64,000 bases of DNA from the IMG/VR virus record IMGVR_UViG_3300042402_002564, positions 62,001 through 126,000 of that record, one strand, 5' to 3'. The notes under the pieces are model-generated. The model saw nothing but the letters and a program-made list of their open reading frames with translations. It made no database searches and was not told the DNA's origin. This document shows positions 54,146 through 60,914 of the stretch, one piece after another. The translations under genes were made by a program, and so were the position numbers. Position 1 is the first letter of the stretch. Every line of letters begins with the position of its first letter.

Positions 54146-54692
54146 ATGCTCTCTACACAATACCGTCTTAAACTTCAGGCAATCTGCGATAAAATTGTTA
54201 ATCAAGAATCTGTAGATTTACATGATATGATTTGGGCAGAGAAACTTGCAAAAGTAAATCGAACTGCTGCAACAATGCTACGTCAGGCACGAAGAACCGC
54301 AGAGAATCCAGATATGCAAGAAGGAGATTTAGATGATTTTTTAAATCAACTTGATATTGGTGGTATTGGGCATGAGCGTAAAGGTATTCGCAGATTTGAT
54401 ACTGTTGATGAAATTGTAGACTTTTTTACGGAGGATAAACCCGATGACTGGAGACAGAGAGACTAAATCAACTGAGAGTTATGAACAACTTATTGAAAGG
54501 TTCAATAAGAGGACAACTCAATTAGAGATACGAAAAGAACAACTTCATCCCATGTATTCTGAATACGTTCAAATTGAAAGAGATTTAGAACGTTTACGTG
54601 GTTCCTTACAGGTTGCCGAATATCTTGCTTATGGTACATTACCAGGTGATGGTAATCATGATGGTATGAGACATCATAAACCGAGGAGATGA
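54146..54692 (+). CDS. Two hypothetical proteins
   Basis: ORFs 54146..54466 and 54444..54692. Confidence 0.55.
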
Positions 54693-54696
54693 TGTC

Positions 54697-54897
54697 ATGA
54701 AGACACTTCAAGATTTTTTGTCAGAGGAAGAAAAGTCTTCCAAAAGAACAGCAGAATATCAAAATGAACCAAAGGGTAATGAGAAGTGCTCTAATTGTAA
54801 TATGTGGCGAGAACCAAATGAATGTACTGCTGTAAAAGGAAAAATCTCTCCCGATGGTTGGTGTAAGTGGCATCAGTATGACCGAAAAAATCAGTGA
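54697..54897 (+). CDS. High-potential iron-sulfur protein (HiPIP)-like
   Basis: YQ..P...C-x2-C-x8-C-x12-C with VKGKISPDGWC; RBS GAGGAG. Confidence 0.8.
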   Translation: MKTLQDFLSEEEKSSKRTAEYQNEPKGNEKCSNCNMWREPNECTAVKGKISPDGWCKWHQYDRKNQ

Positions 54898-55335
54898 TTG
54901 GGATTTAATGAAGAAGGGAGATTCTGTAACTTTTCTCAGTTGTAGTACCTTCCAAATTCAATGGGGTAATAATGACGACCCATATCCAATTTTAGAAGAA
55001 GGTAAGATTTATACTGTTGAAGATGTAAGAATACATAGTTTACACACCAAAATCAAACTAATTGGTTATGATGGGTGGTATAATAGTGTTTGTTTTATAA
55101 GGAACGAATTATGAATGCAATTTTATGGAGTGGTACATTAGACAATCGTTATGAATGTACTGTAGAGCATACATCTCAATACAAAGGTCAATTACGTATC
55201 TTTGATAATCAGAACAACTCAGTTCTTTTGATTGAAGAAGTTGGTGTATCTTATGGTGCAACCTTTGGTGCTGATATGGGTGATGTATCTGATTGGCAAA
55301 ATCGCTGTGCAGAGTTTATTGATTCAATGACATGA
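54878..55335 (+). CDS. Two small hypothetical proteins
   Basis: Coupled ORFs. Confidence 0.5.
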
Positions 55336-55871
55336 GTGATATTCAAATTTATGATGATTATCTACCAGAGAATTATTTTAATCATCTACAAAATATTCTA
55401 TTGCATAAAGACCCAAACTTTGCATGGTATTATAATGATAATGTAGTCGATGAGAATGATCAGGACTTCCAATTTGTACATGTGTTCTATAAGAATCATG
55501 TACCAAATAGTCCTTATTTTAATGAACTCTCATTTGCGATTCAATCATTAAATCCATTGTCATTGATACGCATTAAGGCAAATCTATTACCACGTACACC
55601 AGAACATATTGAACATGGTATGCATGTAGATGTTCCTGATTCTGATTGTTCACATCTAAAGACTGCAATTCTATACATGAATACCAATAATGGTTATACA
55701 CTGTTTGAGGATGGTACAAAGGTCAATAGTGTGGCAAATCGTATGGTCATCTTCCCTACGCAAATGCATCATACTGGTGCCACATGTACGGATGAGAAGG
55801 TAAGAATAGTCATTAACTTTAATTACCTGTGCCAATCACAATTCAATTTACCAGGAATTCAAAATGGATAA
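55332..55871 (+). CDS. 2OG-Fe(II) oxygenase
   Basis: RIKANL, HVD, TAILYMNTNNGYT, HTG and RIVINFNY. Confidence 0.85.
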   Translation: MSDIQIYDDYLPENYFNHLQNILLHKDPNFAWYYNDNVVDENDQDFQFVHVFYKNHVPNSPYFNELSFAIQSLNPLSLIRIKANLLPRTPEHIEHGMHVDVPDSDCSHLKTAILYMNTNNGYTLFEDGTKVNSVANRMVIFPTQMHHTGATCTDEKVRIVINFNYLCQSQFNLPGIQNG

Positions 55872-56334
55872 TTTAGAGCAAAATGCCTTATGGGTCATCA
55901 TGGACCCCTGGTATCCTACACCATACAAATGGGATTTAGAACAATATCCAAACATTGATGAATTGAATGAAGTTGTATTGGATAGAATTATAGATTATAT
56001 TCCAAACTTAAAGCATGTTTGTATCTCCTGCCCATTAACCATTATGGAGGACGATAAGGTTAAAGCAGTCACAGCACATCCAAAAGTATCTCATCTTCAT
56101 AATTTAGAAAACAGTGTATTTAAGTTATACTTTTATATGAAGAAGCATAATCTGAAGTCCATTGTGTATTGTGGATTTCATTATGGACGTTGTATTTTAG
56201 ACAAAGACGACGGGGCAATGAATATGTCAAAGCATTGTGATGTATGGGTTAAAAAAGACTTATGTGGATTGTATCCAGAAGATGATTGGGAATCAACAGA
56301 CAAAGAAACACTTAAGTATGCAAAAATAATTTGA
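55864..56334 (+). CDS. Isochorismatase/cysteine-hydrolase-like protein
   Basis: VIMDPW and YCGFHYGRCI. Confidence 0.45.
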   Translation: MDNLEQNALWVIMDPWYPTPYKWDLEQYPNIDELNEVVLDRIIDYIPNLKHVCISCPLTIMEDDKVKAVTAHPKVSHLHNLENSVFKLYFYMKKHNLKSIVYCGFHYGRCILDKDDGAMNMSKHCDVWVKKDLCGLYPEDDWESTDKETLKYAKII

Positions 56335-56362
56335 TTCAAAATAAATACTTCTTAAAAAGTAT

Positions 56363-57328
56363 ATGAGTAAGACCTATACAGAGAGAATGCAGTATTTAAA
56401 CCGAACTGGTTTGTTCAGTGGTATTACTCATGCCCTTTTAGAAGATAAGGTTAGGAATAATTTTTATAGTGATATTTTAAAAAGTGCAAAAGGTAAACGT
56501 GTTGTTGATGTAGGTTCTGGGAGTGGACTCTTAGGATTCCTAGCATTAAAGCACGGGGCAGAACATGTTACTTTTATAGAACAGGATAAGGTATCATCAA
56601 ATCATATTATGAATGTGATTCGTAGGATGAAGATTGATGAATCAAAGTATCGTGTGATTAATGATGAATTTGTTGCAAGTCGTTGGGATGAATATGAACT
56701 CATTAATCCTGATATGATTGTACATGAAATTATTGGTAATTTTATTTGGAATGAAACAATGACTTGTGCATTTGATGTTCATTTACCAAATGTAGAGATT
56801 ATACCAAGTTCTTATCAATTAAAGTATAGTATTGTTCCACTTACTGATGAAGGATTTAAATTCTTTTGTGATTATGAGAATAGGAATGCAAAGAATAAAC
56901 CAGACCTTGATGTTGATTTAGTAGGGTCTGTATTTGTTGATTATTATACAAAGGTCTTAAGTCTTTATAATACTGAGGTTAGTACAAAACCATCAATATT
57001 GAATCATATAAGAGATAAGGATATTTTAAATGATATCTATTCTAAGGCAATTCATCATTATGACCATGTAGTGAATATTAATGATGAGAATGACTTTAAT
57101 CATAAAAGAAGAGTTAAATTCAAGTTACCTAAAACAAAACGTCCTTATTTAATTCTATGTGAACCATTTGTTCATCATGGTGAGTATACACTTGAGTTTA
57201 AGTCTACCTCATCATTTAATGGTTATAATCAACCTATCTTAGTTCCACCTAATTTAAAGTGTAAGTATTATGAATATGTTTTTGATATTCAACATACTTA
57301 TACGAAGATAGATAATTATTATGCGTAA
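56363..57328 (+). CDS. Class I SAM methyltransferase, PRMT-like
   Basis: LLEDKVRNNFY, VVDVGSGSGLL, FIE and DMIVHEIIGNFIWNE. Confidence 0.8.
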   Translation: MSKTYTERMQYLNRTGLFSGITHALLEDKVRNNFYSDILKSAKGKRVVDVGSGSGLLGFLALKHGAEHVTFIEQDKVSSNHIMNVIRRMKIDESKYRVINDEFVASRWDEYELINPDMIVHEIIGNFIWNETMTCAFDVHLPNVEIIPSSYQLKYSIVPLTDEGFKFFCDYENRNAKNKPDLDVDLVGSVFVDYYTKVLSLYNTEVSTKPSILNHIRDKDILNDIYSKAIHHYDHVVNINDENDFNHKRRVKFKLPKTKRPYLILCEPFVHHGEYTLEFKSTSSFNGYNQPILVPPNLKCKYYEYVFDIQHTYTKIDNYYA

Positions 57329-57338
57329 GATGTTTTAA

Positions 57339-58304
57339 ATGGCAAAATATTCGGAACGAATGATTCATGAGAATCAAAGACCAAATGGTTATAATGGCAT
57401 TTGTTTTGGTCTATTAGAAGATGCCGCAAGAAATAAGTTTTATGATGAATCACTCAAAAGAGCAAAGGGTAAACGTGTTGTTGATGTAGGTTCTGGTAGT
57501 GGATTGTTAGGGTTTTTAGCATTAAAACACGGGGCAAAGCATGTTACTTTTATTGAGCAGAATATTGTATCTTATTCTCATATCAGAAGAGTATCTGAAA
57601 TCATGAAGATTGATAAGTCCCGTTATCGTATCATTAATGATGAATTTGTTGCAAGTCGTTGGGATGAATATGATTTAAAAAACCCCGATATGATTGTACA
57701 TGAATTAGTTGGTAGTTATATTTGGAATGATACAATTGGACAAGCATTTAATCAGTTTATACCAAACGTAGAGATTATACCAAATTTATATGAATTAAAG
57801 TTTAGTATTATTCCTTTAAGCGAATCTGGTTTTAATTACCTTCGTAAGTATCAGAATGAGAAGTCTATTGAGAAGAGAAGATTCCTTGATGTACGTGTTC
57901 CTATTGATAAGAAGTTTATTGCTTATTATGAAAATGTTTTAAATGATTATGATTATGAGATAGGTATCGTTCCTAGAATAATGAGGTCATTGCATGATGA
58001 GTTGTTTAATAAACTATACTCAAAGGATAGAATAGAGTATTATACACATGTATTTGATATTAATAAAGAGAAGGATTATAAGAGTAATACTATTGCATCG
58101 TTTAATTTACCTAAGACAGATAATCCTTATTTAATCTTTATTCATCCGTATCTTCACTCTAAGAAGAATACATTAGACTTTGTAGAGAGTACCTCTTTTA
58201 GTGGTCATCGTAAACCTATACTGATTCCACCTAAAGCGAATTGTAATAAGTTAAGGTATGATGTATTGAAGAATTATATGACGATTGATGATGTAAAAGT
58301 ATAG
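57339..58304 (+). CDS. Class I SAM methyltransferase, PRMT-like paralog
   Basis: LLEDAARNKFY, VVDVGSGSGLL and DMIVHELVGSYIWND; same length as its neighbour (321 aa). Confidence 0.8.
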   Translation: MAKYSERMIHENQRPNGYNGICFGLLEDAARNKFYDESLKRAKGKRVVDVGSGSGLLGFLALKHGAKHVTFIEQNIVSYSHIRRVSEIMKIDKSRYRIINDEFVASRWDEYDLKNPDMIVHELVGSYIWNDTIGQAFNQFIPNVEIIPNLYELKFSIIPLSESGFNYLRKYQNEKSIEKRRFLDVRVPIDKKFIAYYENVLNDYDYEIGIVPRIMRSLHDELFNKLYSKDRIEYYTHVFDINKEKDYKSNTIASFNLPKTDNPYLIFIHPYLHSKKNTLDFVESTSFSGHRKPILIPPKANCNKLRYDVLKNYMTIDDVKV

Positions 58305-58491
58305 TTTTTAATGTTTTTATATTAAAAAATGTATTAAAAAACATATATTAGTGTTTTTAATGTGGTATTATACTAGTGTTATATGGTAGTCTTATACTCT
58401 TATAATCTCTCTTATATCCATTATAATCGTGCCAGATCCTTTGAGTTTTATGCTTATTATACCTCTGGATCCTTGTGATCTTAGGCTGCGT

Positions 58492-58580
58492 ATTATAGCA
58501 CAACCGCGAAAAAATGTCAAGACCCCCGCTCCAAAAACATAAGGACGCGGCATTTTACCATAAGACGCCCCGTGTGTCAA
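58492..58580 (-). promoter_or_regulatory. Two tandem leftward sigma70 promoters
   Basis: On the minus strand: TTGACA-17-TATAAT (58520-58492) and TTGACA-17-TAAAAT (58580-58552). Confidence 0.75.
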
Positions 58581-58588
58581 CTCCCAGA

Positions 58589-58833
58589 ATCTCGACGAGA
58601 ATACACGGTTATATCTCGACTAGATTACATCACGATATAACAGTATCATTATATCTTATAATCTCGACGAGTATATCACATAAGATCTCGTCGAGTCATA
58701 TTACAATATAACATTAGTATTATATCATACAATCTCGACGATACATTGTCACAGTATCATAACATAACTTCATAATTAGTCATAATTATCTCGACGAGTA
58801 TCATATATACCATCAATAAGATCTCGACGAGAT
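58589..58833. repeat. Array of seven ATCTCGWCGAGAT-like palindromes
   Basis: Copies start at 58589, 58613, 58661, 58685, 58732, 58788 and 58821. Confidence 0.92.
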
Positions 58834-58848
58834 GTGCGTCAGATTCCC

Positions 58849-58877
58849 TTGACAGGTCTTGCTGCATCATGTACAAT
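58849..58877 (+). promoter_or_regulatory. Sigma70 promoter
   Basis: TTGACA-17-TACAAT. Confidence 0.7.
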
Positions 58878-58901
58878 GTACACAGTTCGCACAAAGTTCT
58901 C

Positions 58902-60346
58902 ATGGGTAACACCGCATTTATGGAAGCACAAAAGCATAAGTATCGCGTCACTCTAGAACTCGACGTTCTTGGTGACTTCGACCCCCATAATATTAATTGG
59001 GAGAAGCTCTTTGACCTTAATCCTACAGAGAGTGTGAAGTCTTATGTGGAGGACTTGGACTATCCTTGGTAACAGAATATTATACCATAAGGGCATCTAA
59101 TGCGTCAAGTGCTGACGCACCCTTATGTGTATAAGTATTTCAAAGCTGGGGAAGTGACGATGTATTGTCGTCTGCAGGGATACCCTTCCCCTCTTCTGGT
59201 TGTCTGCAAATGATACATCAGAACGCCCGCAAAACCTGCATTGGGTGCCAGTTTGGTGAACCGTCCACCTGTGGCACAAAGACCCAGAAGATGTGGTGTA
59301 CAGTTGCTGGGCAAACGCAATTCGACCGATGATTTTTTTGACATCTACCAATCATGGTTGTGTGTATACTCTGTCTCAAGAGGACGGTGATGAGTTGTAC
59401 TTTGCACCCATCTATGCAAACGGAACTATTAATCTGGAGGAGTTTGCTCCTGTGGATATGAGTACTGTTGACATGGATGACATGGAGGTGTATGATATCC
59501 GTAACCGACTGGTTGCCATGTCCAATATTTGAACTGGCACAAGGGGGTTGACAAGACCCCCACCATCGGTTAAATTTAAATCGTTCACCACTCAACCAAA
59601 CAATGGGAACCCGCTCTCGCATCGGTTACGAACTTCCTGATCACTCCGTGGTTAGTGTTTACTGCCACTGGGATGGTTATGTAGAGAACAACGGTCGCAT
59701 TCTGGTAGAGCACTATCAGAACCGCGATGATGTACAAGAACTGATTGATGGTGGTTCTATGTCTTCTCTTCGCACAACTCATCTGTGGGAGACTGCAGCA
59801 GTACGTGATGAGGATGGTAAGATTGTAGAGAACCCTGATGGTAGTTGGGTTATGTCTCCAACCCGCGATGCACAACCTCTTTATCACACTGAGCGTGGTG
59901 AAGATCTGAATGTGGATCACACTTCATTTGATAAGTTTGTATCAGGTGATTGGGGTGAGGATTATGCTTACCTGTACGACCTCAACGGTAACTGGAAAGC
60001 ATATAAGATTGGGTGGGGACCTGTTGAGCGTGTGGACATCCCCAACTACGTGACAGCGTAGGAACTGGCACACGGGTCCTGGGTCATGACCTAAAACTGA
60101 CCTATACTTCTCTCAGTTCACACCACTCCGCTAATGGCACTCTCAAATCAATCCATGAATAAAATTGCAAGTGCAATGGTTCAAGAGGTTGTTGAGGAAC
60201 TTTATGAGTCCGATGAATGGATGGATTTCCTCTATACTAACATCGGTGGTATCATTGTTGGCAAACTTGGTCAAATTGATGATACTGTCCTGGCAGAATT
60301 GATTATGGGTGTTGCAGACCGTATTAGTCTCAAAGCACACACATAA
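58902..60346 (+). CDS. Early hypothetical genes (58902..59072, ~59329..59532, 59603..60061, 60134..60346)
   Basis: Each sits behind its own promoter. The 59603 ORF has the MGTRSRIG...YCHWDGY motif common in phage early proteins. Confidence 0.6.
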
Positions 60347-60423
60347 TCTCGACTAGATGCGTGTCACGTATCAAATCAATCTCGACGAGATACGTGACAC
60401 ATCATTTGACATCATCTCGATTA
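60346..60423. repeat. Second palindrome cluster plus 12-bp inverted repeat at the tRNA-Leu promoter
   Basis: Copies at 60346, 60379 and a half site at 60414; GTGTCACGTATC/GATACGTGACAC; TTGACA-17-TATCAT at 60406-60434. Confidence 0.85.
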
Positions 60424-60448
60424 TATGTTATCATATAATCAACCACAT

Positions 60449-60532
60449 GGGGATGTGGTGGAATCGGTAGACACAACAGACTTAAAATCTGTCGGAGGCA
60501 ACTCTGTGGGGGTTCAAGTCCCCCCGTCCCTA
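60449..60532 (+). tRNA. trnL: tRNA-Leu (TAA)
   Basis: Acceptor GGGGATG/CGTCCCT, anticodon arm ACAGA-CTTAAAA-TCTGT, long variable arm, GGTTCAAGTCC T-loop, no intron. Confidence 0.92.
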
Positions 60533-60592
60533 TTACCACTCTCAAGGTATATTATACCTGAGGTGGTCCAAACTCTTCTCCTAGAGGCACTC

Positions 60593-60733
60593 ATGCACGA
60601 ATCCACGCTTGATTTGTTTTGCTCTCATGATAATGATAATTTGGATATTGATGATGCTTTCATGTGTGCATTTGAGGAAGAAGCGTCTAAACTGGAAATC
60701 ACAGTAGATTATTATATCGCAGAGTTCCTATAA
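60593..60733 (+). CDS. Small hypothetical protein
   Basis: MHESTLDLF...YYIAEFL with a GAGG RBS. Confidence 0.55.
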   Translation: MHESTLDLFCSHDNDNLDIDDAFMCAFEEEASKLEITVDYYIAEFL

Positions 60734-60814
60734 TATAATGGGGAAGGTGTTTGCCCTAAAAGTTACACTGTTAGATATTAATATTCTATAAAACTAGTGG
60801 GTGGATATTATACA

Positions 60815-60844
60815 GACCTGGGGTGGTGCCCAGGTCTTTTTTTA
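60815..60844 (+). terminator. Rho-independent terminator
   Basis: AGACCTGGG/CCCAGGTCT followed by a T-tract. Confidence 0.75.
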
Positions 60845-60914
60845 TGTTTTGTAACAGACCTCGACAGGGGGTGCTGGTGTGGTATGATTTGAGAGTCAAC
60901 ACGGGAACCTCCCA

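Noticed and set aside
56363-58304. Diversity-generating retroelement TR/VR pair
   Set aside because: These are whole-gene paralogs whose differences are not adenine-specific, and there is no reverse transcriptase in the window.
58589-58833. CRISPR array
   Set aside because: The repeat is only 13 bp, spacers are 11-43 bp, irregular and low-complexity, and no cas genes are present.
58392-58951. ORFs 58392..58580, 58514..58711 and 58757..58951
   Set aside because: They span promoters and the palindrome array, and their repeated ISTR/LVEI peptides simply reflect the DNA repeat.
60449-60532. Group I intron in tRNA-Leu(UAA), as in cyanobacteria
   Set aside because: The anticodon loop is contiguous.
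60425-60592. N-terminal extension of ORF 60425..60733
   Set aside because: It runs through tRNA-Leu; the real start is probably 60593.
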